Notes: generated by a model not told the origin, from the letters alone. Positions 1 through 9,728 are shown, counted from the stretch's first letter. The stretch is DNA of 64,000 bases from an uncultured Candidatus Actinomarina sp. (GCA_902526825.1 CABZMN010000004.1:5803-69802), one strand, 5' to 3'. Numbers and translations: made by a program.

Positions 1-1
1 T

Positions 2-2110
2 GTCTTTGGAAAAGATGAACCATTTGATCTTGAGATTGGTGGATTTTACAAACATAAAAAAGGAAGTGAACCACATGTAACTTCACCAGTGACAGTTCTA
101 AAATTGCAAAAAGCTGTTCGATCTGGAGATAGGGACGAATGGAACAAATATCTTGAGTCCTTAGAAGATCGAGATAATGTACAAATACGTGATTTATTTA
201 CACTCCCTGAGAATAATAAAATTTTAAATTCAGTAGAAGATGACTCACTTCAAGATATATACAAGAAATTTACAGTTAGCTCAATGTCACTTGGTGCCTT
301 GTCAGAGGAAGCTCATCAAGCTTTAGCTATAGCAATGAATCGTATTGGAGCCAAGTCAGGCTCTGGAGAAGGTGGTGAAGATCCAGAAAGATATGGAACT
401 GAAAAGAATTCAAAAATAAAACAAATTGCCTCTGGACGTTTTGGAGTAACTCCAGATTATTTGGCATCTGCTGAGGAATATCAAATAAAAATGGCACAGG
501 GATCAAAACCGGGAGAGGGTGGTCAATTACCTGGATTCAAAGTAGACCCACATATTGCAAAACTAAGACACACTGTCGAAGGTGTGACTTTAATATCACC
601 CCCACCTCACCATGACATATACTCAATTGAAGATCTTGCACAGTTAATATATGACTTAAAAACTTTTAACCCTAACAATCCAGTAAATGTAAAACTTGTT
701 TCTGAACCTGGAGTTGGAGTTATAGCTGTTGGAGTGGCAAAAGCTGGAGCAGATGTTATAACAATAGCTGGTAGTGATGGCGGGACAGGAGCAAGTCCAT
801 GGACAAGTATTAAACATGCTGGATCTCCATGGGAACTTGGATTAAGTGAAACTCATCAGGCATTAGTAGAAAATAATATGCGAGATAAAGTTCTTCTTGA
901 GGTTGATGGAGGATTACGGTCTCCAAAAGATATTATCATTGCGACCCTATTAGGTGCTGATAGATATGGCTTTGGAACATTACCACTTTTAGCCTTGGGT
1001 TGTAAAATGGTTCGACAATGTCATGAGAATACCTGTCCAGTTGGAATTGCAACTCAGGATGAAAATTTAAGAGCAAAATTTACTGGTGCCCCAGAACAAG
1101 TTATGCAACTTTTTAAATTTATTGCTGAAGATATTAAGTCATACTTACAAATTTTTAATGTTCAGTCGTTAGATGATCTCATTGGACATGCAGATCTTTT
1201 AGGACTTAAAGTAATGAATAATAACTTACCAAAAAGTCTTCACAAGCTTTTAAAGAATGCTGTTTCAGATAAGAAAAACCCTGGATTTATAAGGCATGAC
1301 GAAGGAAGGTTATCAAGAAGATTAACTTCAGAAATAATGAAAGGTGTAAGAAGTAAGAAATCAACAATTATTCAGTATCCTGTATCAAACGAAGATAGAA
1401 GTATCGGAGCAAGAGTTTCTGGAGAGATATCAATTAACAAATTAGGTAATGAATTAAAAGAAAACCCAACATATATAAGTCTTTCTGGAGCTGCAGGCCA
1501 AAGTTTTGGAGCATTTATTAGAGACGGTATAAATCTAAAGCTAATTGGAAGTGCAAACGATTATGTTGGTAAAGGAATGGGTGGAGGAAGTATTACGATT
1601 ATCCCTCAAGGTACAAAAAATCAAGGAGCATATCATGCAGCTGGAAATGCACTTTTATATGGAGCTACAGGTGGACAACTATATATATCTGGAAGAGTTG
1701 GTCAGAGATTTGGTGTAAGAAATAGCGGGGGAATAGCAGTAGTTGAGGGCTGTAGCGCACATGCAGCAGAATACATGACTGGTGGTACCTTAATCATTCT
1801 TGGAAGTATTGGTTTCAATTTTGGTGCTGGAATGACTGGTGGGAAAGTTATATTATTAAATACACAAAAAAACTTTGAGCAATATATTTCTAAATCTGCT
1901 CCAGAATCTCGAGAGATAAATGACATAGACGCATTAGAGTTGAGAGCATTCTTAAACAAACATATTGAGCAAACAGGATCACCTCTAGCTAAGGATATAC
2001 TTTCAAAAGAGCCAGATTGGTCAAAAATGTTTACTGTATTTGGGGGCCTTGCAAATGTTACTGAAAGTGATATAAACATTGCAAAAGCAAAGATTGAGGC
2101 GCTTGATTAA
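2..2110 (+). CDS. gltB: Glutamate synthase large subunit, 5'-truncated by the window edge
   Basis: Frame is open from position 2 (VFGKDEPFDLEIGGFYKHKK...). Motifs SSMSLGALS, SGEGGED, KQIASGRFGV, IKMAQGSKPGEGGQLPG, [3Fe-4S] CKMVRQCHENTCPVG, C-terminal GXGXG domain. Confidence 0.97.
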   Translation, partial: VFGKDEPFDLEIGGFYKHKKGSEPHVTSPVTVLKLQKAVRSGDRDEWNKYLESLEDRDNVQIRDLFTLPENNKILNSVEDDSLQDIYKKFTVSSMSLGALSEEAHQALAIAMNRIGAKSGSGEGGEDPERYGTEKNSKIKQIASGRFGVTPDYLASAEEYQIKMAQGSKPGEGGQLPGFKVDPHIAKLRHTVEGVTLISPPPHHDIYSIEDLAQLIYDLKTFNPNNPVNVKLVSEPGVGVIAVGVAKAGADVITIAGSDGGTGASPWTSIKHAGSPWELGLSETHQALVENNMRDKVLLEVDGGLRSPKDIIIATLLGADRYGFGTLPLLALGCKMVRQCHENTCPVGIATQDENLRAKFTGAPEQVMQLFKFIAEDIKSYLQIFNVQSLDDLIGHADLLGLKVMNNNLPKSLHKLLKNAVSDKKNPGFIRHDEGRLSRRLTSEIMKGVRSKKSTIIQYPVSNEDRSIGARVSGEISINKLGNELKENPTYISLSGAAGQSFGAFIRDGINLKLIGSANDYVGKGMGGGSITIIPQGTKNQGAYHAAGNALLYGATGGQLYISGRVGQRFGVRNSGGIAVVEGCSAHAAEYMTGGTLIILGSIGFNFGAGMTGGKVILLNTQKNFEQYISKSAPESREINDIDALELRAFLNKHIEQTGSPLAKDILSKEPDWSKMFTVFGGLANVTESDINIAKAKIEALD

Positions 2111-2152
2111 TTAGTTATTTCTTTATAACAAATTAAGTTATACCATAAGAAT

Positions 2153-3091
2153 ATGAATACAAAACTATCAATTAATAACACTGTCGACTGGACAACAACT
2201 GAAGATATGGTTAACAATGTGAAAATTGACGAAGTTGGGGTATTAGACCGAGTGTCATTACTTGCAACACGAAGTATCAAGAGAGAATCTAAATTAAATG
2301 CTTTACAAAAAATAATAAGCATGTGTGACCTTACAACATTAGAGGGCGAGGATACTGAAGGTAAAATTATCCAAATGTCATCAAAAGCAATAGCACCAGA
2401 TCCAAATGATGAAAGCGTCCCTAGTGCTGCTGCAGTATGTGTATATCCAGCACTTGTATCAACAGCTAAAAAAACAGTAAAAGATTCGAGTGTTAAAGTA
2501 GCATCCGTTTCTTCTTATTTCCCAAGTGGACAAGCACCTATTGAATCAAAAATTTCAGACACTAAATTTGCAATTAATGAAGGTGCTGATGAAATAGACA
2601 TCGTAATTAATAGAAAAGCTTTTTTTGAAGGTGATTATAAGAAAGTGTATGAAGAAATAAAATCTTTGAAAGATGTTTGTGGAGATATTCATCTAAAAAC
2701 AATACTGGAGATTGGAGAACTGAAAACTTATGAAAACATAAAGAAAGCAAGTGTAATTGCTTTATGTGCTGGATCTGATTTTATCAAAACCTCAACAGGA
2801 AAAATATCTAATGGTTCATCAAGAGAAGCATGCTTGGTAATGGCCAGAACTGTTAGAGAATTTCAATCTTATGGTTATGGCATGAGGGGAATTAAAGTGG
2901 CAGGAGGAATAAGAAGCGCTAAAGATGCGATACGGTACTTAGTAATTATTAATGAAGAATTAGGCACCTCCTGGCTTTCTCCAGATTATTTTAGATTTGG
3001 TGCATCAAGCTTGTTAGATGATGTTCTTAGACAAATAAAAAAACTAAAAACTAATGCATATCAATCAAGTTATTATTTTCCAAGAGGATGA
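2153..3091 (+). CDS. deoC: Deoxyribose-phosphate aldolase (long, DERA-like type)
   Basis: DLTTL, AAVCVYP, GADEIDIVIN, DFIKTSTGK, GIKVAGGIR, RFGASSLL motifs. Confidence 0.95.
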   Translation: MNTKLSINNTVDWTTTEDMVNNVKIDEVGVLDRVSLLATRSIKRESKLNALQKIISMCDLTTLEGEDTEGKIIQMSSKAIAPDPNDESVPSAAAVCVYPALVSTAKKTVKDSSVKVASVSSYFPSGQAPIESKISDTKFAINEGADEIDIVINRKAFFEGDYKKVYEEIKSLKDVCGDIHLKTILEIGELKTYENIKKASVIALCAGSDFIKTSTGKISNGSSREACLVMARTVREFQSYGYGMRGIKVAGGIRSAKDAIRYLVIINEELGTSWLSPDYFRFGASSLLDDVLRQIKKLKTNAYQSSYYFPRG

Positions 3092-3094
3092 TTT

Positions 3095-4534
3095 ATGAAT
3101 AATTGGGAATACGCAGAATCAATAGAGTCAGAAAAAATTGTAAATATAGAAAAAAAGTATGGCCACTTCATTGAGGGAGAATTTGTGTCACCAAATTCTA
3201 AAAAATATCTAGACACAATCTCTCCATCAACTGAAGAAGTTTTATCATCAATATCCATTGGTGATGAAAAGGATGTAGATTTTGCTGTAAATGCAGCAAA
3301 AGAAGGGGTTAAACAATGGAGTAAAACCTCACCATCAGAGAGATCAAAGTATCTGTTTAAGCTTGCAAGATTAATCCAAGAAAGATCCAGAGAGTTTGCG
3401 GTGCTAGAAAGTTTAGATGGTGGAAAGCCTATAAAAGAATCTAGAGATTTTGACCTCCCACAAGTTGCACAGAATTTTTTCTACTATGCCGGGTGGGCTG
3501 ACAAAATTGATCTTGCATGGGGTAGTGGTATTTCAAAACCTTACGGAGTTGTAGGTCAAATTATTCCATGGAATTTTCCATTATTAATGCTTTCTTGGAA
3601 AGTTGCTCCCGCGCTAGCAACGGGTAATACTGTAGTTTTAAAACCTGCAGAGACCACTCCACTAACTGCTTTATTATTTGCAGAACTTTGTGATGAAATA
3701 GGTCTTCCTAAAGGTGTTTTTAATTTAGTTACTGGAGATGGAACTACAGGCTCCCATTTAGTGAATCATAAAGATATTAAAAAAATTGCATTTACTGGAT
3801 CAACAAGTGTTGGTAAATACATACAGAAATCTTTATCTGGAAGGGATGTTGGCCTTACTCTTGAGTTAGGTGGAAAGGCTGCAAACATCGTTTATAACGA
3901 TGCAGCCTTAGATGAAGCAGTAGACGGAGTGGTAAATGGAATCTTTTTTAATCAAGGACACGTATGCTGTGCTGGAAGTAGATTATTAGTTCAAGAGGAT
4001 ATCCATGATGTATTTATCGACAAACTTGAAAAAAGGATGCAAACTTTAAGAGTTGGCAATCCACTCGATAAGAACACTGATATTGGTGCAATTAATTCAA
4101 AAGATCAGCTTGATAAAATCAATGAACTGGTCAATGAAGGTGTAAACGATGGTGGGGAGCTCTTTCAAATTGAATGTGAACTACCCAAGAATGGTTTTTG
4201 GTTTAAACCAAGTCTATTTACTGGGGTTCAGGCAAATTATAAAATTGCGACAGAAGAAATATTTGGTCCAGTATTGACTACCTTAACATTTCGAACTCCA
4301 GATGAAGCTGTTGAAATAGCTAACAATACAGAGTATGGATTATCTGCAGGGATTTGGACTGAAAAAGGATCCAAAATATTATGGACTGCAGACAGGCTTG
4401 ATGCTGGTGTTGTTTGGGCTAATACGTTTAATAAATTCGACCCGGCTTCTCCATTTGGTGGGTATAAAGAATCTGGTTTTGGAAGAGAAGGTGGCAGGCA
4501 TGGTCTCCTTTCATATTTAAAGGCATCATCATGA
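3095..4534 (+). CDS. NAD-dependent aldehyde dehydrogenase
   Basis: IIPWNFP, FTGSTSVG, LELGGK (catalytic Glu), GHVCCAGSR (catalytic Cys), EEIFGPV, PFGGYKESG. Confidence 0.95.
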   Translation: MNNWEYAESIESEKIVNIEKKYGHFIEGEFVSPNSKKYLDTISPSTEEVLSSISIGDEKDVDFAVNAAKEGVKQWSKTSPSERSKYLFKLARLIQERSREFAVLESLDGGKPIKESRDFDLPQVAQNFFYYAGWADKIDLAWGSGISKPYGVVGQIIPWNFPLLMLSWKVAPALATGNTVVLKPAETTPLTALLFAELCDEIGLPKGVFNLVTGDGTTGSHLVNHKDIKKIAFTGSTSVGKYIQKSLSGRDVGLTLELGGKAANIVYNDAALDEAVDGVVNGIFFNQGHVCCAGSRLLVQEDIHDVFIDKLEKRMQTLRVGNPLDKNTDIGAINSKDQLDKINELVNEGVNDGGELFQIECELPKNGFWFKPSLFTGVQANYKIATEEIFGPVLTTLTFRTPDEAVEIANNTEYGLSAGIWTEKGSKILWTADRLDAGVVWANTFNKFDPASPFGGYKESGFGREGGRHGLLSYLKASS

Positions 4535-5358
4535 CAGAAGTTAAGAAAACATATAAACATTATGTAGATGGTAAATTTGTAAGATCAGAGTCAGGAAAAG
4601 TCTATGCAATTGATTTAAAAAATGAAAAATACGAGATCCCTCTTACTTCAAAGAAAGACTTAAGAGACGCAGTTACATCATCCAAAGCTGGCTTTGCAAA
4701 ATGGAATTCATTAACTATGTACAACAAATCCCAGATACTTTATAGATTATCTGAAATGATTGAGGGAAATAAAGAAAGTTATATAATATTGCTACAAGAT
4801 CATGGACTTAGTAAAAGTGAGGCTAAAAATGATATCGAAAATTCAATAAACACAATCATTTGGTATGCAGGTCTTGTTGATAAATGGGAACAACTTACAG
4901 GTAATCTCAACCCTGTAGCTGGAGAATATTTTAATATTTCTCATCAGGAGCCAATCGGAGTTACATTCACATTAAATTCAAACTCAATATCTTTAGACGA
5001 TTTAGTTAAGTCCTTTCTACCTGCCTTAACTGTTGGATGTTCAGTAATTAATTTTTCAGAGAAAAATGCAGTCATTGCTTTAAAACTTTCAGAGGATATA
5101 AATAATTCAGATTTTCCGGCAGGCAGTCTGAATATAATCGCAGGAAAATTTGAAAATATTGTTGAAGATGTTGGTGGTCATGTTGAAATAAAACATGCAG
5201 TAATTTATGATGACATTTCAAAAGAATCTAAAACAATTATTGGCGAAAAAGGATCAGAGTCTGTTAAAAGAATTTCTTTTCAACCACCAACAAGTGGGTT
5301 AAGTTCCATACTTCCGTTTATTGAAACAAAGACAGTTTGGCATCCGAAAGGTAAATAA
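4531..5358 (+). CDS. Truncated aldehyde dehydrogenase-fold protein (non-catalytic, ALDH16 C-domain-like)
   Basis: KTYKHYVDGKFVRSESG start, WYAGLVDK, EPIGV, ETKTVWHP end. No LELGG or catalytic Cys. ATGA overlap with the upstream ALDH. Confidence 0.8.
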   Translation: MTEVKKTYKHYVDGKFVRSESGKVYAIDLKNEKYEIPLTSKKDLRDAVTSSKAGFAKWNSLTMYNKSQILYRLSEMIEGNKESYIILLQDHGLSKSEAKNDIENSINTIIWYAGLVDKWEQLTGNLNPVAGEYFNISHQEPIGVTFTLNSNSISLDDLVKSFLPALTVGCSVINFSEKNAVIALKLSEDINNSDFPAGSLNIIAGKFENIVEDVGGHVEIKHAVIYDDISKESKTIIGEKGSESVKRISFQPPTSGLSSILPFIETKTVWHPKGK

Positions 5359-5407
5359 ACTGTCGTACCTATATTCTAATATTTTATTATTACTCATTAA
5401 CCCTGTT

Positions 5408-5436
5408 TAAGCTGTCTTGTTAGTCAAGACAGCTTA
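5408..5436 (+). terminator. Perfect 12-bp hairpin, probable terminator of the deoC-ALDH operon
   Basis: TAAGCTGTCTTG-TTAGT-CAAGACAGCTTA about 50 nt after the stop codon; U-tract is weak. Confidence 0.55.
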
Positions 5437-5459
5437 TTCATAAATGTTGTTATTATTAC

Positions 5460-5879
5460 ATGATGGTTGAAGACAATATTGAAAATCTTTTACAGAAGAG
5501 CGGAATGCCTGTTCCAAATGTATGGATTGAGCTTGAGGGTGAATTTCTAGAATTTGATAAGGAAAATGAAACCTTAAAATGCAAATTCCCTGTAAGGGAA
5601 AGATATTTCAATCCATTACCTACAACACTTGGTGGAATTATTGATTCCTGGATAGACATCACTATGGGGCCATTGAGTGTACTGCTTGGTCAGAAAGCCG
5701 TGACAAAAACTTTCTCAATAAAATTCATCAAACCTGTTGGACCTTCAATAAAATACGTAACTGCAGTTGCTTGGAGAGAAAGTATTAATGGGCGAAGTAG
5801 TCAGTTTAAAGGCGAACTTTATTTGGATAGTGGAGAGTTAGCTGCAATTGCTGAATCAGAACTTGTAGAGATAAAATAA
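5460..5879 (+). CDS. PaaI/hotdog-fold thioesterase
   Basis: FNPLPTTLGGIIDSWIDITMG resembles the NxxGxxHGG...D hotdog motif; 139 aa. Confidence 0.75.
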   Translation: MMVEDNIENLLQKSGMPVPNVWIELEGEFLEFDKENETLKCKFPVRERYFNPLPTTLGGIIDSWIDITMGPLSVLLGQKAVTKTFSIKFIKPVGPSIKYVTAVAWRESINGRSSQFKGELYLDSGELAAIAESELVEIK

Positions 5880-6728
5880 TTAAGTTCTCGAATATAAAAT
5901 AGCTGAAGTAAGAATCACTCCAATTCCAACAAATTGTATGGCATAAGTAATTTCATTTAGAAACTGATAACCAAAGAAAATAGAAAAAATCGGAATCATA
6001 TAAACTATAAATGAACTTGATATCCTTCCAACATTGTCTAAAAGTTTGTAATAGGTTAAGAATGCAATCCCAGTACCACCAATACCTAAAATTAACATTG
6101 GAATTAATGAAATCTGTGGAGTTGGAAGTTTAAATGATGCAGTAAATCCATATAAAATCAATGAAAGCAATGATGCATATCTCATGACAATTTTAAGAAC
6201 GATATAGGATTCATATTTTTTAATAAGTGGCTCAACTATATTTACAGCAATTCCATAAGATATTGAGGCAATTAATGCAAAGATAGATCCAATATTAAAA
6301 GATAGTTCATTAATTCCACCACTTAATGTAATCAGGCCAACTCCAATGAAGCCTGAAAAAATATAAATGATTTGAAGATTGGTAATTCTCAGTCTGTAAA
6401 AAACTACCGCGATGAAGGCTACAAAAATTGGGGTTGAACCATTGATTAGTCCAGCTAATGATGATGTTATTGTTTGCTCTGCTATTCCGAACATATAAAA
6501 AGGTAAAGCCATCCAAAAAAAGGAAACAATAACAAATTTGATATGATCAGCCTTATCAATCTTTTCTTTAGTTCTTACGAAAATATTTACAAATAATGCA
6601 CCAATTAGAATTCTATAAAGAGCTATATCGGAAGGATTTAGTTCATCAAGAGAATATTTGATCATTAAAAATGAAGATCCCCAAATTGATGAAGTTACAA
6701 GAGCTAGAAATAGGTTTTTAATTTGCAC
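5880..6728 (-). CDS. EamA/DMT family transporter
   Basis: IWGSSF, SSLAGLINGSTPIF, GTGIAF; about 10 hydrophobic segments. Confidence 0.9.
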   Translation of the reverse strand: MQIKNLFLALVTSSIWGSSFLMIKYSLDELNPSDIALYRILIGALFVNIFVRTKEKIDKADHIKFVIVSFFWMALPFYMFGIAEQTITSSLAGLINGSTPIFVAFIAVVFYRLRITNLQIIYIFSGFIGVGLITLSGGINELSFNIGSIFALIASISYGIAVNIVEPLIKKYESYIVLKIVMRYASLLSLILYGFTASFKLPTPQISLIPMLILGIGGTGIAFLTYYKLLDNVGRISSSFIVYMIPIFSIFFGYQFLNEITYAIQFVGIGVILTSAILYSRT

Positions 6729-6758
6729 AGATTAAGAAGCCTAACATAGTTTTATTAA

Positions 6759-6824
6759 TGGAGCCACCCCAACAGGGTAGTTGATTAGTGTCAGTGGTTC
6801 AGACTTACACAAAAGGCGGCTCCA
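6759..6824 (-). ncRNA. Candidate structured small RNA or cis-regulatory leader (unclassified)
   Basis: GC-rich island in AT-rich DNA. On the minus strand TGGAGCCGCCTT pairs with GGGGTGGCTCCA (12 bp including G-U), with internal hairpin GTGT-A-AGT/ACT-G-ACAC. TAAACT -10 box lies 6 nt upstream of G6823. Confidence 0.45.
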
Positions 6825-6848
6825 CTTTAAGTTTAGATGAAAGAATAA

Positions 6849-7514
6849 TTAGATTATCTGGTCAGTAATTATTTCAATATTTTTTGAATAATTCTTTAAA
6901 AGATTAATAGGTAAGTCATTGTCAACGTTTACACGTTTAAGTATATTTTTCTTACTTTCACCAGTCGCTAGGACATATATCTTTTCAACTTTTCCAAGTA
7001 ATTGAAAAGTTGATGTTACTCTCCACTTTGTTTTTATATTTACTTCGTTTGCAACATAAAGTGAATCATTATTTTCAAGGGCTTTTGTACCGGGAAATAG
7101 TGACGCTACATGTCCATCTTCACCCATACCAAGAATTGCAACATCGAATATCTGGATTGTGCTTTGTAGTTTATCTTCATACTTTTTTGCATCACTTTCA
7201 GGAGAGGAACTTGTGAATTCAAATTTTAAAATATTTGCGTCAGTTCTTTCAAAGCATTCATTGATCATTTTCTGGTTTGAAAGGTCATTATCTTCTTCAA
7301 TCCATCTATCATCAATTGTCCAAAGAAAAGTTTTTGAGAGGTCATCAAAGTTTTCTGCGATCATTGAATAAGTTAATTTAGGAGTGTTCCCACCTGAAAG
7401 TCCAATTGAAAAATCTTTATTTGACTTAACTAATAAATCTTTAATCTCTCCTACAAGATAACTGGATGCACTCTCATGGTTGTCTTCATGATGAATATTT
7501 ATATCATGTGTCAT
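6849..7514 (-). CDS. pgl: 6-phosphogluconolactonase
   Basis: GLSGGNTP, DDRW, LGMGEDGHVASLFP. Confidence 0.92.
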   Translation of the reverse strand: MTHDINIHHEDNHESASSYLVGEIKDLLVKSNKDFSIGLSGGNTPKLTYSMIAENFDDLSKTFLWTIDDRWIEEDNDLSNQKMINECFERTDANILKFEFTSSSPESDAKKYEDKLQSTIQIFDVAILGMGEDGHVASLFPGTKALENNDSLYVANEVNIKTKWRVTSTFQLLGKVEKIYVLATGESKKNILKRVNVDNDLPINLLKNYSKNIEIITDQII

Positions 7515-7551
7515 AAAAAAATTGTTACACTTTAAACTTCAAGTAATATCA

Positions 7552-8820
7552 ATGATAGTGGAAAAACATATTTCAATTGAAGGTAACCACAAATTAAGTG
7601 GTGATATAAATGTAAAAGGCGCTAAAAATGCTGTACTCAAAGAAATGATTCTTCCTATTCTCTCAGAAGGAAAATATGTTCTTACTAATGTTCCTTTGAT
7701 CGCAGATGTTCAATATATGCAAGACGTTTTAGAAGTTCTTGGTATTAATAGTACTTTTCAAGATGATGCTTTGGAGATTGAAACACCTTCACAAATTGGT
7801 ATAGAAGCCCCTTATGAAATAGTTCAAAAAATGAGAGCCTCAATAATTATTCTTGGACCTCTGTTAGCACGTTGTGGTGAAGCTAGAATCGCATTTCCAG
7901 GTGGAGATCAATTGGGACCTAGACCTGTTCAAATGCATTTGGACGCATTAGAGAAAATGGGTGCAAATTTTGAACTCGACCATGGTGTTTTAATTGGAAA
8001 AACAGATGGTCTGAATGGTGTGGAAATAAATCTTCCTTACGCATCAGTTGGAGCAACAGAAAATGTTTTATTAGCCGCTGTTCTTGCTAAGGGTAGAACT
8101 GTAATTGAGAATGCTGCAAGAGAACCAGAAATAGTTGATATTGCAAATATGCTCATAAAAATGGGTGCAAACATCATTGGAGCTGGTACAAGTGAAATCA
8201 TAATTGAAGGTGTTGAAAAATTGGCTCCAACGAACCATGAAATTATTGGGGATAGAATAGTTGCAGGAACTTTTTTAGCAGCAATATTATCTACAAAAGG
8301 TTCTGGAAAAATCAATGGAATAAATCCCGAACATTTACCTATGGAAATAAAAAAATTAAATGAAATGGGTGCAAAGATAAAAACGAATGCAACATCAATA
8401 TCAGTTGAATACCAAGATAATCTTAAAGCTATAGAACTTTCAACACTACCTTTTCCTGGAGTAGCTACTGATCTTCAACCAATTTTTGGATCAGCTCTGT
8501 TATTAGCTGATGGAACATCAATATTAACTGAGAATGTTTATGATCAACGTTTTCAATGGATACCAGAAGTACAAAGGATGGGTGCAAATATACAAACTGG
8601 CTGGCAACATGCAATGATTAAGGGTGTTAAGAGACTATCTGGTGCGCCGGTACATGCAACAGATATAAGAACGGGTGCAAGTTTGATTATTGCTGCGTTA
8701 CAAGCTGATGGTTTTTCAACAATTTCAGGAATAGACCACATTAACAGAGGATATGAAGATATCGTAATGTCATTAAGCTCATTAGGGGGAGTAATCGAAT
8801 ATAATAATAATGATGGATGA
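7552..8820 (+). CDS. murA: UDP-N-acetylglucosamine 1-carboxyvinyltransferase
   Basis: GAKNAVL, MRASI, PGGDQLGPRP (Asp in place of the fosfomycin-target Cys), SVGATEN, NAAREPEI. Start set at ATG 7552. Confidence 0.96.
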   Translation: MIVEKHISIEGNHKLSGDINVKGAKNAVLKEMILPILSEGKYVLTNVPLIADVQYMQDVLEVLGINSTFQDDALEIETPSQIGIEAPYEIVQKMRASIIILGPLLARCGEARIAFPGGDQLGPRPVQMHLDALEKMGANFELDHGVLIGKTDGLNGVEINLPYASVGATENVLLAAVLAKGRTVIENAAREPEIVDIANMLIKMGANIIGAGTSEIIIEGVEKLAPTNHEIIGDRIVAGTFLAAILSTKGSGKINGINPEHLPMEIKKLNEMGAKIKTNATSISVEYQDNLKAIELSTLPFPGVATDLQPIFGSALLLADGTSILTENVYDQRFQWIPEVQRMGANIQTGWQHAMIKGVKRLSGAPVHATDIRTGASLIIAALQADGFSTISGIDHINRGYEDIVMSLSSLGGVIEYNNNDG

Positions 8821-9091
8821 TAAAGGAATTAATTTTCCAACTTTTAAGGAAAGACCTGAAAAGGTTGATATTGACCTGGATATATTAAATGACACAATCG
8901 AATATATTCGTCCCGCAGTTCAAGCTGATGGAGGAGATATTAAACTATCTTCGGTCGAAGATGGTGTTGTTAATATAGAGATGCTAGGGGCGTGTCAGGG
9001 TTGTCCATTGTCTATTGCAACATTGAAAAGTGGAATTGAGAGAATTTTAATAGACAAAGTTCCAGGTGTTGAACAAGTAATTGCAACTTAG
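8810..9091 (+). CDS. NifU/Nfu-type Fe-S cluster carrier
   Basis: IRPAVQADGGDI, GACQGCP (CxxC). Confidence 0.9.
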   Translation: MMDDKGINFPTFKERPEKVDIDLDILNDTIEYIRPAVQADGGDIKLSSVEDGVVNIEMLGACQGCPLSIATLKSGIERILIDKVPGVEQVIAT

Positions 9092-9092
9092 T

Positions 9093-9728
9093 TTAGTTCA
9101 AGGTCAATCTGCTATAAAAATTTAAACCAACCAACCTACTCCCTTGAATTAAAGGCTCAATCTCATACTCAATTTCATTTAATACTAAAATACCTCCATA
9201 TTCATTTGGATCAGTTATCTCTTCGTACAGTCCAAGTCCAGATAGAATATTTTCTCTACCATCTCTATCTAATTCATCATCTGAAAGCGCAATTATTAAA
9301 AGTAAAAACAATTTGGTTTGTTGAGTTGTTGTAGTGTCATTTGTTGTAGGCGCAAAAAATTGTAAAGTTCTTACAATTTCATTTTCTATGTATAGGTTCA
9401 AAATAAATATATTATCTTGCTTGGATGCATCTCCCCACTTGTAAACTAGTTGATCTTTATCTGAGGATGTCCACTTTACTTCATCAGGATTAATTGAAAA
9501 AAATAATATAGTTTCCTCATCGTTAGAAATAGAATTAACAACACTATTCCATGTTGATACAAAAATTTCTGGTGATTTACCAAGTGCAGAATCCCAATCA
9601 ACTAAATCTTCCTGGTTGTTACTCTGGTTTTCTACAGCTTCATCTGCATTATTTTCAATAGATAAATTGTTATCTTCATTGCAAAAAGTTATAAATAATA
9701 GTAAAAACGCAAGTTTTGCTAATTTCAT
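9093..9728 (-). CDS. Hypothetical secreted or lipoprotein
   Basis: N-terminal MKLAKLAFLLLFITFC signal-like peptide ending in Cys; acidic mature part. Confidence 0.65.
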   Translation of the reverse strand: MKLAKLAFLLLFITFCNEDNNLSIENNADEAVENQSNNQEDLVDWDSALGKSPEIFVSTWNSVVNSISNDEETILFFSINPDEVKWTSSDKDQLVYKWGDASKQDNIFILNLYIENEIVRTLQFFAPTTNDTTTTQQTKLFLLLIIALSDDELDRDGRENILSGLGLYEEITDPNEYGGILVLNEIEYEIEPLIQGSRLVGLNFYSRLTLN

